IMG/VR virus record: IMGVR_UViG_3300029705_000015
Direction: 5' to 3' (one strand)
DNA from: a virus
Lineage: Duplodnaviria; Heunggongvirae; Uroviricota; Caudoviricetes
DNA length: 64,000 nt
The notes under the pieces: generated by a model
The model's input: the letters and a program-made list of their open reading frames with translations, nothing else
Database searches by the model: none
Told to the model about the DNA's origin: nothing
Part shown: piece by piece, positions 43,966 to 53,407 of the stretch
How the letters are laid out: each line of letters starts with the position of its first letter
How positions within the stretch are numbered: the stretch's first letter is position 1
Translations under genes and position numbers: made by a program

Positions 43966-44139
43966 GTGAAACAGCTCAAAGTTCAAATCGTGTGTGATGA
44001 AACAAAGCATACAGTTGCTATTTCAGTTGATGATGGTGAGTTCATGACTTATAAAAACGACAATCCTGTTATAGATCGTCTTCTGAAATATTTGGACTGG
44101 CCCGAGCGATACAATGTTGTAGTTGACTCTGTTAAATAA
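43966..44139 (+). CDS. small hypothetical protein (GTG start)
   Basis: AAGGAAGTG RBS. 57 aa. Confidence 0.35.
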   Translation: MKQLKVQIVCDETKHTVAISVDDGEFMTYKNDNPVIDRLLKYLDWPERYNVVVDSVK

Positions 44140-44167
44140 CAACTCAAAGAAAGATGAGGATTGAAAT

Positions 44168-44638
44168 ATGAAAATGAATCAGCTGATTGAAAAGATCAAG
44201 TCTATTCCTGGTGGTCGTTTCTTTCGTGTGCGGTACATGACTAAGGTAAAGATGACTGCAGAATCTCTGCAGAAGGGGTTGACAATCATTAAGATTGTTG
44301 AAACCACAACTCGAACCGGCGTCAAGTACAAGAACATTGCAGGGGTTGTTCCGAACGAGTACCCTGACAGCTATGTTCCGAAGCAGACTAACTGGGAGTG
44401 GGTTATCCCTCAGCGAGTAAAGCACAATAGCAAGACTGGTAAGGATTACCTCGTCATTGCTCCGATCGAGAAGGGACATAACACTCATGTGTCGTATGTT
44501 CTCACTGATGCAGATGGCAACAGCCGCATCATTACTAAGGAAGAGGCTAAAGAGTACTCTGTGGCTTCTTACTGGAAAGATGGCGACAAGCCAGCTGTTA
44601 TGAATGTCACTTTGGAGAATGTTTTGCTGGTAAAATAA
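44168..44638 (+). CDS. hypothetical protein
   Basis: GAGGA RBS. Confidence 0.5.
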   Translation: MKMNQLIEKIKSIPGGRFFRVRYMTKVKMTAESLQKGLTIIKIVETTTRTGVKYKNIAGVVPNEYPDSYVPKQTNWEWVIPQRVKHNSKTGKDYLVIAPIEKGHNTHVSYVLTDADGNSRIITKEEAKEYSVASYWKDGDKPAVMNVTLENVLLVK

Positions 44639-44667
44639 CTTCCAGAGTTCTGGCAGATTCGACTATA

Positions 44668-44727
44668 GCTAACAGGAGTAATTGATTAACATGACAACAG
44701 TTACTGGTTAACTTTGCTCCTGTTAGC
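44668..44727 (+). repeat. long-range inverted repeat GCTAACAGGAG ... CTCCTGTTAGC (stem with a 38-nt loop)
   Basis: Perfect 11-bp arms in the intergenic region after 44638. Confidence 0.4.
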
Positions 44728-44796
44728 GCCTAAAGCACAAGGAGGGATGTTGCAGGTGAAATTCCGATATGAGGACCACCGCTACAAACTAAAACT

Positions 44797-45147
44797 ATGC
44801 CTACAAAGATCTACATTAGCGCATCAGAAATACAGAATACATGTACAGATAGAGACTCTCAAGAAACCAACATCAACTGGTTAAGAGATGATGATATACT
44901 TGCAGTAGAAACAAGCGACAATACATTTCTTACAAAGATGAAGCACATAATGGAACGAGATCCAGAAAGCTACAAGTGCTATTACCACGCAGGAAATGTC
45001 GATAAGAAAACTGGCAAAGTTTACAGCTATGTATTTGAAGTAAGTAAGAAGCTCTTGAACTTCAGAGTTCAAAGTACACGTAAAGAGCTGACTGAAGAAG
45101 AAAAGATTGCACTGCGTAAAAGACTCAAAAATATTTCAGATTCATAA
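44797..45147 (+). CDS. hypothetical protein
   Basis: ORF. Confidence 0.45.
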   Translation: MPTKIYISASEIQNTCTDRDSQETNINWLRDDDILAVETSDNTFLTKMKHIMERDPESYKCYYHAGNVDKKTGKVYSYVFEVSKKLLNFRVQSTRKELTEEEKIALRKRLKNISDS

Positions 45148-45328
45148 ATCAACTAAGTTAACAAGAAAAAGTAGTGCTAAATTACATTGTAAACAAAGTA
45201 AATGTTGCTCGGGAGTATTAACCGTTTTTTAATCTATTGAAAAACTAGTAAAAATATTTCAGATTGTAAAAACTGTTAAATAAAAGTGCAAAATTAGCGC
45301 TAAATTGATCGTTCAAAGATAAAAAACA

Positions 45329-45365
45329 AAGCACTACAGCACATAACGCGTTGTAGTGCTTTTTA
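45329..45365 (+). terminator. rho-independent terminator
   Basis: Hairpin AGCACTACA-13 nt-TGTAGTGCT followed by T4. Confidence 0.6.
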
Positions 45366-45432
45366 GTATGTGCGCAAGTAAGGTCTTGTATATAGTAGTG
45401 TAAGTTAACTTATAACAAAGAGGTAAATATAC

Positions 45433-45858
45433 ATGTACGATTTATTTGAAGCTCTAAATAGAGCACATGAACTTGATGAAGCTGCTTTCAGCGGCGGCAT
45501 GGCTGGTGACAATAGTGCTAGTGGTGGCACTATTCGTGGTAGAGGTGCTTCTACACAGCCTGGAAAGAACAACTACTTAAACAGAATGAAGAGCAAGAAT
45601 CCCGATCTTGTTGACACTATGGTAATCAAAGTTAGTGACATTAAGCCTGGAATGATTACTCAAGCTGGACAAGTTAAGGAAGCTGAGCCTCGTAGTCATG
45701 TTAGCGGTGGCAAGAAGATGTACATTATGCACACCAATGGCTATGATGGATTCTGGGGTCTTGATGAAACAATGGATGTTATGGTTGATCCTGAGAACAA
45801 GTCAAAGCCCTTCAGTGGTGATTACAGATCTCTGTTGAAGATGGGCCTACAAGAATAA
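45433..45858 (+). CDS. hypothetical protein
   Basis: AGAGG RBS. Confidence 0.5.
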   Translation: MYDLFEALNRAHELDEAAFSGGMAGDNSASGGTIRGRGASTQPGKNNYLNRMKSKNPDLVDTMVIKVSDIKPGMITQAGQVKEAEPRSHVSGGKKMYIMHTNGYDGFWGLDETMDVMVDPENKSKPFSGDYRSLLKMGLQE

Positions 45859-45876
45859 TCTGTTACAATTGATATC

Positions 45877-45910
45877 ATAGCGCAGTTGCACTTAGTTGTA
45901 GCTGCGCTAT
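45877..45910 (+). repeat. conserved hairpin ATAGCGCAG-loop-CTGCGCTAT (family member)
   Basis: Shares its stem sequence with the hairpins at 43874 and 50555. Confidence 0.5.
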
Positions 45911-45914
45911 TTAG

Positions 45915-45943
45915 TTGTATATTTTAACAGTTTATTATATAAT
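45915..45943 (+). promoter_or_regulatory. sigma70-like promoter (TTGTAT-17-TATAAT)
   Basis: TTTAGTTGTATATTTTAACAGTTTATTATATAAT conserved motif. Confidence 0.45.
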
Positions 45944-45975
45944 GTATATAAGAAGATAACTGGAGGTTGAGCTTT

Positions 45976-46287
45976 ATGGAAATGTACACGATCAAGGATA
46001 TGGTAGCAAACAAGATGGTGGCTGTTATCGATGGTACTGAGATGTCAATGGAGGAGGCTCTTGAATTCTTACGAAAAGAAAACAAAGAGCTTACTGAGCA
46101 AAGAGACTTAGCTGTTGAATGTGTTGAGATGTTTATCAAGTCCTGTGGCTCTTGTGCTTTATGTGCAAAGATGGATTGCAAGTTGAGATACAAGCATAGA
46201 ACTTGGGAAAGTCCTTGTAGTCCTATCTGGAGTGGTCACATGGATGCTGCAGCTGGTGGATCTTGTATATACTGTTATGATAAGTAA
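45976..46287 (+). CDS. hypothetical Cys-rich protein
   Basis: GGAGG RBS before the ATG at 45976. Confidence 0.5.
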   Translation: MEMYTIKDMVANKMVAVIDGTEMSMEEALEFLRKENKELTEQRDLAVECVEMFIKSCGSCALCAKMDCKLRYKHRTWESPCSPIWSGHMDAAAGGSCIYCYDK

Positions 46288-46309
46288 ATAACTGTGAGGT
46301 TAACTATAT

Positions 46310-47827
46310 ATGAATGAACAAGAATTGATGCTTCCTGCTCCGTACGATAAGTACTATGAGATTGTTTCAACTGATGTTGCTGGAGAGATTCCTGAAGCAT
46401 TTAACAACTATTCAGAACTAGATGTTCTTGCAAAAGTGTACGCAAAGGAACACTATGAGGATGCACTTGCGGATAACTGTTTAGATTGTGTCTGGCTTGT
46501 CAGTGATGAAGTTGGTAAGCAGTTGCTCGTTACTGCCGTTAATGATCGTGTTTATCCTCTGACGCTTGAAGAAGTTATGGACTGTGTTGGTTTGAAGGAA
46601 GCCAGCACAAGTGAGCCTTCCTCTGTTGAATATGGCAACTTCCTTACAAATCACTATAAAGAGATTGATGCTGTGCTACAGAAGTATGGTATCACAAAAC
46701 TATCCTATCGTCGTAGCACTGAGTATGCTGGAACTGTTAACGGTCACAAGTTCTTCTTTGTTGAGGGCAATACTGGAACAGGACATTATGCTAAAGAGCT
46801 GTACATTGATGGTAGAGAAGTAGATTTGTACCAGTCAAAAGAGTCGACAAGATCTTTATCCAACCTCAATGATATGAATTATTTTGGTATTCTTTCACTT
46901 GTTAAGATGCTGGAGACAGATAATCTTGGTGGAATTGTTTATCGTGATGTTGACACACTTGATGACTATGAAGAGTCTCTTGTGGAAGATACAGAAATGT
47001 CTGATGCTCAGAGACTTGCTCTTCAAGAGCTTGATACAGCGCTAGACTGTGGAGAACTTGATTCCGATAAACATGCTTTTGCTTATCAGATTCAGTGGGA
47101 TATCAACTTTGAAGATGTATTACTGTTTATCAATGGCATCAATATTGATTTGAAAGATATCAAACATGTTGAATATGGTGACTGTGATGAAACAGAGTTT
47201 GATGGTTGCTATTCCGTCACTTTACACAATGGTGAAGTTAAGAGATATGGTTGGCACGATTTTGATATGACTGGTTCCTTAACTTGTATTGATTCTAACG
47301 TGAATGAAGATTATGAATTGATCACAGATAAAACATTCATTCAACATCCAATGAACTATGATGTTACGGATAGCTTGAGTTTTGAAGTTCAAGATAATGT
47401 AAAAGTATTTATTCACAGAGGTCCTGGTAAGCAAAAAGAATACTACATTATTATCGGTGATGCTTATGTTGCTCATTCTTTCAATAAACTTGAAACCGTA
47501 GAGAGATATCTAAGAAAGAATAAACTTGTTAAAGAGACAATGAACGAATCTTTCAAGGCGGGGGATCCTGTATACGTTAGCGTCGCAAATCGACAAGGTC
47601 GTGTTCTTAAAATGATTTCCGATGATGTTGTAGAAGTTGAACTAGAGAGCACATTCTTGTATCCGGCTCGAATTGATAGATACTATACTAGTGAAGTTGA
47701 ACTTGTTAACTACGATCCTGATAAAGATGACGATGGACTTGATCCGGTAGTAATCGAACATCCTGAAGATATTGACACTTATCTTGCTGATCCCGATAAC
47801 AAATTTATTCCTGATGATGAATTCTGA
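46310..47827 (+). CDS. hypothetical acidic protein (505 aa)
   Basis: Long ORF with GAGG RBS. Confidence 0.55.
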   Translation: MNEQELMLPAPYDKYYEIVSTDVAGEIPEAFNNYSELDVLAKVYAKEHYEDALADNCLDCVWLVSDEVGKQLLVTAVNDRVYPLTLEEVMDCVGLKEASTSEPSSVEYGNFLTNHYKEIDAVLQKYGITKLSYRRSTEYAGTVNGHKFFFVEGNTGTGHYAKELYIDGREVDLYQSKESTRSLSNLNDMNYFGILSLVKMLETDNLGGIVYRDVDTLDDYEESLVEDTEMSDAQRLALQELDTALDCGELDSDKHAFAYQIQWDINFEDVLLFINGINIDLKDIKHVEYGDCDETEFDGCYSVTLHNGEVKRYGWHDFDMTGSLTCIDSNVNEDYELITDKTFIQHPMNYDVTDSLSFEVQDNVKVFIHRGPGKQKEYYIIIGDAYVAHSFNKLETVERYLRKNKLVKETMNESFKAGDPVYVSVANRQGRVLKMISDDVVEVELESTFLYPARIDRYYTSEVELVNYDPDKDDDGLDPVVIEHPEDIDTYLADPDNKFIPDDEF

Positions 47828-47843
47828 TAAGAGGTGAATAAAC

Positions 47844-47996
47844 ATGATTCAAATTCTTGAAAATGGTAAGTACAGAATTATTACTTGTGCTTGTGGTTGT
47901 AAGTATACTTTTGGCACTACTGATATTGAGGAAGGAATTGTTCCTTGTCCTGAATGCGGTGCTAAGAATACAGCTCCTGAAGTTCCTGCTAATTGA
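47844..47996 (+). CDS. small zinc-ribbon protein
   Basis: GAGGTG RBS. CACGC...CPECG motif. 50 aa. Confidence 0.4.
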   Translation: MIQILENGKYRIITCACGCKYTFGTTDIEEGIVPCPECGAKNTAPEVPAN

Positions 47997-48003
47997 ATAA
48001 CAA

Positions 48004-48037
48004 AGAGCTACTGACTTCGGTTGGTAGCTCATTTTTA
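48004..48037 (+). terminator. rho-independent terminator
   Basis: Hairpin GAGCTAC-12 nt-GTAGCTC followed by ATTTTTA. Confidence 0.6.
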
Positions 48038-48081
48038 TGTTGATTTGTAGAATAGCTTTTGAATAATAGGATTCAGCTTAG

Positions 48082-48110
48082 TTGATTAAATTACTGTTAC
48101 TTTATATAAT
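48082..48110 (+). promoter_or_regulatory. sigma70-like promoter (TTGATT-17-TATAAT)
   Basis: Conserved motif. Confidence 0.5.
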
Positions 48111-48147
48111 ATGTATGTAGTTAGATAAGGATTGGAGGTGTATTCCT

Positions 48148-48396
48148 GTGAACTACGGTAAGATCTACATTGCCACAAACAACTGGCAAACTGGTACTCC
48201 CATTGAGGACTACAACGAGGGTGTTGCATACTTTACATTGTTTGGTGAGCAGTGCAAGTGCTCTTTGATTGATCCTGTTGTCTACCACAAGATTGAAACA
48301 GGCGAGTGGATTCCTTTTGAGCGTGCTCGTGATATCATCGAAGTGAGAACTCCAGAAATCAACATTGAGCTGTTGCGGAAGACAGCAACACGATAA
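48148..48396 (+). CDS. hypothetical protein (GTG start)
   Basis: GGAGGTG RBS. Confidence 0.45.
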   Translation: MNYGKIYIATNNWQTGTPIEDYNEGVAYFTLFGEQCKCSLIDPVVYHKIETGEWIPFERARDIIEVRTPEINIELLRKTATR

Positions 48397-48419
48397 ATAT
48401 AGAAAGTGATGGTGTTTAT

Positions 48420-49322
48420 ATGAAACATATTTTTAGAGTGTTTCTTGCACTACTGTTGATTGTAGTTATGATTGCTACAGCAGCATGTACAAGCAAGAAC
48501 GATGAGTTGACTCCTCCTGTTGAAGGTGATGAAACTCAGGCTACTGAGCTGCAGGAAGTTCCTGTTACTCTTGCAGAACAAGTTGTTTATGATGCAAATG
48601 ACATCAAGATTACAGTTACTGGTTTGAATCATGGTGGTTTTACTACTGACGTAACTCTACTTATTGAAAATAACAGTAACAAGAATATCTTAATCACTGC
48701 TCGTGATTTGTCTGTAAATACTTACATGATGGATGGCACTTTGTATGCCGAAGTTGCAGCTGGTAAGAAAGCAAATGAAGATATTTCAATCATGAATCTT
48801 GATCTTGATGCTGCGGGAATTGAAACAATTACTGACATTGTATTCTACTTCAATATCAGCGATCCTGAAACTTGGAATGATATTGCAAATTCGGATCTGA
48901 TTACATTAAAGACTTCTGCAACTGATTATGTACAGGACTTCTATGATGAAGGTCAATTACTGTATGATGAAAATGGAATTCGTGTTATCTGCCGAGGATT
49001 GAAGCAGGACATGATCTGGGATGGGGCTTGTGTATTCTATATCGAGAATAATTCTGATCAAGCTGTGACTGTGTATTCGGAAAATGTTTCTGTTAATGGT
49101 TTTATGCAAGAATCAAGCCTCTGGGCGGATTTGAGACCAGGCACAAGAATTGTTGATAGTATGTCCTTGATGGATCTGGAAGATATCTCTGTTAACAGTA
49201 TTCATGGAATTGAGGAAATTGAATTCAATCTAAAGATTATTGACAAGGATACTTGGGACAAGATTGCAGTAACTGATCCGTTTACTCTGACTTTCAATGA
49301 GCCTGAAACTCCAACAGAGTAA
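48420..49322 (+). CDS. lipoprotein with repeated beta-rich domains
   Basis: Signal peptide MKHIFRVFLALLLIVVMIATAAC with a lipobox-like TAAC. Internal duplication. Confidence 0.5.
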   Translation: MKHIFRVFLALLLIVVMIATAACTSKNDELTPPVEGDETQATELQEVPVTLAEQVVYDANDIKITVTGLNHGGFTTDVTLLIENNSNKNILITARDLSVNTYMMDGTLYAEVAAGKKANEDISIMNLDLDAAGIETITDIVFYFNISDPETWNDIANSDLITLKTSATDYVQDFYDEGQLLYDENGIRVICRGLKQDMIWDGACVFYIENNSDQAVTVYSENVSVNGFMQESSLWADLRPGTRIVDSMSLMDLEDISVNSIHGIEEIEFNLKIIDKDTWDKIAVTDPFTLTFNEPETPTE

Positions 49323-49342
49323 CAGATAAGGAGAGTAGAAAA

Positions 49343-49624
49343 GTGAAGTCACTTATTCGTAGTATTGTTATCAAGGTGGCAGTTGCAGTTATTCTTATTA
49401 CTGTGCTGTCTCTGGTACTTAGCGCAATTATGCCGACATTTGGCAATGACATTGCGTTGGGGCAGTTGGAGAACGACGATGTGAGTTTCATGCAGATGGA
49501 AATGTGGAATCGAGTTCAAAACGGAGTTACAACTGTTCAGTACATTATTACAGGCATTTGTGGTGTCTTGATTGGCACCGATGTATACAAATTTATCAAA
49601 TCAAAAGAAACGGAAGGTAAGTAA
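49343..49624 (+). CDS. small membrane protein (possible NfeD-like partner of the SPFH protein), GTG start
   Basis: AAGGAG RBS. Two TM segments. Immediately upstream of the SPFH gene. Confidence 0.4.
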   Translation: MKSLIRSIVIKVAVAVILITVLSLVLSAIMPTFGNDIALGQLENDDVSFMQMEMWNRVQNGVTTVQYIITGICGVLIGTDVYKFIKSKETEGK

Positions 49625-49625
49625 A

Positions 49626-50540
49626 ATGAAGCATATCAAGAAGCTGCTGTTGATTGCCTTGTTGGTGATTACAGTTTGTTCTCTGGCTGGCTGCCGTAAG
49701 CCTTATGACAAGCCGGAATTTGTAACTATTGAAGCATCTCAGACTGCATTCCTGATTCCTCTGGTTGGCGATACATCGGATCAGGGAGCATTTGAGTCAG
49801 AGGAGCTTCTTCTGGAAGCAAAAGTGGCTACGAAGGAGATTCAGATTCCGCACCGTTGGGTCCAGACTGGTCGAAAAGAATATCAAGGTGAATGGCGTCC
49901 TTCTGCAACAGTAATTGTTGTTGAGCGCAAGCCAGTATCCCGTTCTTGGGAGTCTGGCGATTCTGCTGCCGATTCTTCTAACAAAGCAATCTTTGGTGAG
50001 ACAGCTGATAACATCGGCATCTATGTTGGTATGAACTGTACTGCAATGATTGAAGAGAAGGATGCAGCAAAGTTCTTGTATCGTTACAACAATACTCCTC
50101 TGGAAACAATCATTGATACTGATATCAAGAAGATGGTTGAGGATCGGTTCAACATTGAAACAGCAAAGTATCTTTCTACCGACCTTGGTACCAAGAAGGG
50201 TGAAATTATCGAAGCTGTTAAGTCTTATGTTGTTGATTACTTCCAGGATTATGGCATCACGATTACTGTTCTTGGCTTGAAGGAAGGCATCAGTTTTGAG
50301 AATCCTGCCATTCAGGAAGCACTTGATGCAAAGTTTGCTTCTGAGCAGGAGCTGGAAATTCAGCAGAATAAGAATGCAGCGTTGATTGCAAAAGCTGAGG
50401 CTGAAGCAGAAGCAAACAAGTTACTGTCTGATTCTATCACAAAAGAGATTCTTGCACAGATGTACTACGAAAAGTGGGATGGTAAGTTGCCTACATACTA
50501 TGGCAGCGGAGATGAAAATCCCCTTATTCAGGTTCCTTGA
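49626..50540 (+). CDS. SPFH/band 7 domain lipoprotein
   Basis: Lipoprotein signal MKHIKKLLLIALLVITVCSLAGC, an SPFH-like body and an AKAEAEAEA tail. Confidence 0.55.
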   Translation: MKHIKKLLLIALLVITVCSLAGCRKPYDKPEFVTIEASQTAFLIPLVGDTSDQGAFESEELLLEAKVATKEIQIPHRWVQTGRKEYQGEWRPSATVIVVERKPVSRSWESGDSAADSSNKAIFGETADNIGIYVGMNCTAMIEEKDAAKFLYRYNNTPLETIIDTDIKKMVEDRFNIETAKYLSTDLGTKKGEIIEAVKSYVVDYFQDYGITITVLGLKEGISFENPAIQEALDAKFASEQELEIQQNKNAALIAKAEAEAEANKLLSDSITKEILAQMYYEKWDGKLPTYYGSGDENPLIQVP

Positions 50541-50554
50541 TACATAACTAAACA

Positions 50555-50592
50555 ATAGCGCAGCTTCTTGATGTGGCTGCGCTATTTTTATG
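50555..50592 (+). terminator. rho-independent terminator (conserved ATAGCGCAGC/GCTGCGCTAT hairpin)
   Basis: 10-bp stem followed by TTTTTA. Confidence 0.6.
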
Positions 50593-50599
50593 TTTACAG

Positions 50600-50628
50600 T
50601 TGATTAATCTTATTTACTACATTATAAT
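50600..50628 (+). promoter_or_regulatory. sigma70-like promoter (TTGATT-17-TATAAT)
   Basis: Conserved motif. Confidence 0.5.
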
Positions 50629-50663
50629 ATATGTATAATAAAGAACTAGTTGGAGGTACTAGT

Positions 50664-51023
50664 ATGAAGAAGTTTATCAAAATCAGTGATTTCTGTACAG
50701 CGCTAAACGTTGCAACTGCACAGCACAGTCACATGCGTATCCTGTCTATTGGAACTACCAGTAATGGATTCTATACGCTCCGATGTGTTGATGATGACGG
50801 TAAAGAGTATGTATTCAAGGTATCCTGTTGGGATAACTCTACGACCAGTATGATTGATCGTGTTGATGTTTTGGAGCATGCAATAAAGTACGGTAACAGA
50901 GCTGCCGCTGAATTTTTGAAATCTTTTGGTCCTGATAACTATGTTCAGACAAAAGAAAACTATGCAGACCTTCTATACCTTCTTACTAACGGAGCAGAAG
51001 GAATTCCAATGGAGAACTTCTGA
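50664..51023 (+). CDS. hypothetical protein
   Basis: GGAGG RBS before the ATG at 50664. Confidence 0.5.
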   Translation: MKKFIKISDFCTALNVATAQHSHMRILSIGTTSNGFYTLRCVDDDGKEYVFKVSCWDNSTTSMIDRVDVLEHAIKYGNRAAAEFLKSFGPDNYVQTKENYADLLYLLTNGAEGIPMENF

Positions 51024-51232
51024 TGTTAACAATTCTTAAACCTTGCCCTTTCTGTCACGGAAGAGCAAAGCGAAAGCACGGAAAGTATAATCTTCTTGGA
51101 GCGTATGGTACTCCAGAGCAAGATAGAACTTGGTATGCTGTTTATTGCACAAAGTGCTATGTGAGTCAGTGGCCCAAGACGTATTTTTCTCGTGAAGATT
51201 CAGATAATGCGTGGAATAACAGAGGAGGCTAA
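51023..51232 (+). CDS. Lar family restriction alleviation protein
   Basis: ~69 aa with LKPCPFCHGRAKRK...YAVYCTKC, matching the Lar-family CPFCG pattern. Confidence 0.55.
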   Translation: MLTILKPCPFCHGRAKRKHGKYNLLGAYGTPEQDRTWYAVYCTKCYVSQWPKTYFSREDSDNAWNNRGG

Positions 51233-51235
51233 AAG

Positions 51236-51406
51236 ATGAACTTTGATGGACATTCTTGCCCCAAATGTGGATGTGGTGTAACTCGAACCAAACGCACTTA
51301 CAAGTGCAGATGTGGCTGGAGCTACAAAGAGCCTGAAGAGACGTACAAGAATCGCTGGAAGCGTTATTTTGAAGAGAGGGATCGAAAATATGCCCAGTGT
51401 AGATAA
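51236..51406 (+). CDS. small zinc-ribbon protein
   Basis: GGAGG RBS. CPKCGCG...CRCG motif. Confidence 0.4.
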   Translation: MNFDGHSCPKCGCGVTRTKRTYKCRCGWSYKEPEETYKNRWKRYFEERDRKYAQCR

Positions 51407-52094
51407 GATGTATACATATTTAAGAGGATATCTTGTTGGAGCAAATATGACTGAGTCTATCAAGGCTCTTGGTTTTGCTCGTCAACAGCACTCTCTGCAA
51501 ACACGTAAGGATGGCACTCCTTATATTGTCCACCCTTTGTCAATGGCTTGCTACGCTGTTGCTTTAGGGCTAAAAGACGATAATATCATTGCTACTATTC
51601 TGTTACATGATGTCTCGGAAGACTGCGGAATTCGTGTTGAACACATTGCTGTTAACAGAACAATTCAAGATGCAGTTAAGCACATGACGATAACAAAGTT
51701 TGATACTGATGTGGACAAGATTGAAACAAAGTGTCGTTACTTCAATGAGCTGTTAGAGAGCAGAGAAGCTCTTATTTGTAAAGCTCTTGATCGGTATAAC
51801 AATCTTTCCGATGCTCCGTTGTCTCTTTCTTCTGATGCGGTTGCAAAGAATATTGCAGAAACAGAAATATTACTGTTGCCCATCTTGAAATCAGCAAAAC
51901 AACTTTATCCAGATCTTGCTGACGCTTTGTTCATTCTCAGAACTAACTTAGAGGTACTTGTTAACATCTTGAAGAAACAGTACTATGATCAGTATACTAA
52001 GTGGAGATGTATCTATCAGCGTCAAACAACAAAGAATTCAATCAAGGATGAATTGAAAGGAGTTACCGATGCCGACTTACAAGGGTTGTCTTGA
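51390..52094 (+). CDS. RelA/SpoT-family HD domain hydrolase ((p)ppGpp hydrolase-like)
   Basis: RKDGTPYIVHPLSMACYAVALGLKDDNIIATILLHDVSED matches the SpoT/Rel HD motif. GAGGG RBS before the ATG at 51390. Confidence 0.6.
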   Translation: MPSVDKMYTYLRGYLVGANMTESIKALGFARQQHSLQTRKDGTPYIVHPLSMACYAVALGLKDDNIIATILLHDVSEDCGIRVEHIAVNRTIQDAVKHMTITKFDTDVDKIETKCRYFNELLESREALICKALDRYNNLSDAPLSLSSDAVAKNIAETEILLLPILKSAKQLYPDLADALFILRTNLEVLVNILKKQYYDQYTKWRCIYQRQTTKNSIKDELKGVTDADLQGLS

Positions 52095-52302
52095 AATTCC
52101 TATCAATGATATTCATTCAAAGTTTGCGCTGTTTCCGACTCTTGATATGAATGGTAAATCTCTGTGGTTGAAATCCTACTGGGTTTATGGTAACTACTGT
52201 GAGATAGGATTCTTTGCTTTCCGAGGATCAAAGAAAGATTATCCAACAGTTGAATCATTCTGGAATAGTATAAGATTTAGAATTCCTAACATGTGGAGGT
52301 AA
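52069..52302 (+). CDS. hypothetical protein
   Basis: ORF. Confidence 0.4.
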   Translation: MPTYKGCLEIPINDIHSKFALFPTLDMNGKSLWLKSYWVYGNYCEIGFFAFRGSKKDYPTVESFWNSIRFRIPNMWR

Positions 52303-52304
52303 GT

Positions 52305-52919
52305 ATGAGTTGGATTACAAATAAAGTATACTACAGATTTATCTATGTAATGATCTGTATTGTGTCTGCATTGATTGCTGTTTGCCCTGGAGTCATTTCA
52401 GTGTTTATTCCTGAGGGTATGACTTGGCTTATCTTTCTAATGATCCTGCCCTGTGTTGGTCAGATCTTCTTTGTGGCAACACCGATTACAAATGCACTTG
52501 AAGAGTATCGTAATGCATGTAGTAAACGTGGATTGATTCATGAGCAGGATATTTATAAACTGTTTGAAAAGAATGGTACTGCAAAGCTACATGTTGCAGA
52601 CATCGATAAACTTCCTCGTTACAATGTTGATATTTCTGACACAAAGTATCAGTTGTTTACTGAGACCATTCCTGTAATTGAGGACAGTAGTGGCACTGAA
52701 AGGAACATTGAAAGAAGTTATGTTCGTTGTTTACATTGTGACTATACTTTCCCGTCTACTGTAATTGATGATGAAGATTTCAAGCACTGTCCGTGCTGTG
52801 GTCGTCGGATTACAAGATATCGAGTTCCAAAGGATTGGTACAAGAAACGAGCCGGGCTTGTTTGTGAAAACACAACATGGAAACCTGAAAGCGTAGCAAA
52901 CAAGATGAGGGAGAAGTAA
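52305..52919 (+). CDS. membrane protein with a C-terminal zinc ribbon
   Basis: GGAGG RBS before the ATG at 52305. N-terminal TM helices. CLHCDY...CPCCG motif. Confidence 0.5.
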   Translation: MSWITNKVYYRFIYVMICIVSALIAVCPGVISVFIPEGMTWLIFLMILPCVGQIFFVATPITNALEEYRNACSKRGLIHEQDIYKLFEKNGTAKLHVADIDKLPRYNVDISDTKYQLFTETIPVIEDSSGTERNIERSYVRCLHCDYTFPSTVIDDEDFKHCPCCGRRITRYRVPKDWYKKRAGLVCENTTWKPESVANKMREK

Positions 52920-53407
52920 TGCCAACAATAAATGATTGTGAAAAATGCACACAATATTGCCCTCAAAGACAACTGGCCAGAGAACAAGCTGAAAAGCGCA
53001 TGTATGCTACTAACGAGTTTGTTGCTTTGCAGAAAGAAATTGAAGCAGGTAAGCTTGTTCGTGTTGTACAGGCTTACTGGCTGTGGAACCGCTTGTCGGA
53101 CACTGTTAGATGCTCTCATTGTAACAGCTTAAGTGGAGTTGTTTCATCAAAGGAAGCATTTGATGATTTCTGTAGTGAGCAACATTACTGTTACAATTGT
53201 GGCTCCAAGATGGTTAACCCACATGAATCCAGTGTAACTTTGAAGCATATCAAAAATGATGACAAACATGCACGTTGGATCAGAGCTGAATGTTCAGAAA
53301 AGGACGGTAATGCAAACTGCTCCAACTGTGGTCACTGGGACTGGGATGATGCGAAGTATTGTAAGGGCTGTGGTTCTAGGATGACGAGGAGTACTGCTAA
53401 TGACTAA
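52919..53407 (+). CDS. zinc-finger-rich hypothetical protein
   Basis: Several CxxC pairs. Confidence 0.5.
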   Translation: MPTINDCEKCTQYCPQRQLAREQAEKRMYATNEFVALQKEIEAGKLVRVVQAYWLWNRLSDTVRCSHCNSLSGVVSSKEAFDDFCSEQHYCYNCGSKMVNPHESSVTLKHIKNDDKHARWIRAECSEKDGNANCSNCGHWDWDDAKYCKGCGSRMTRSTAND

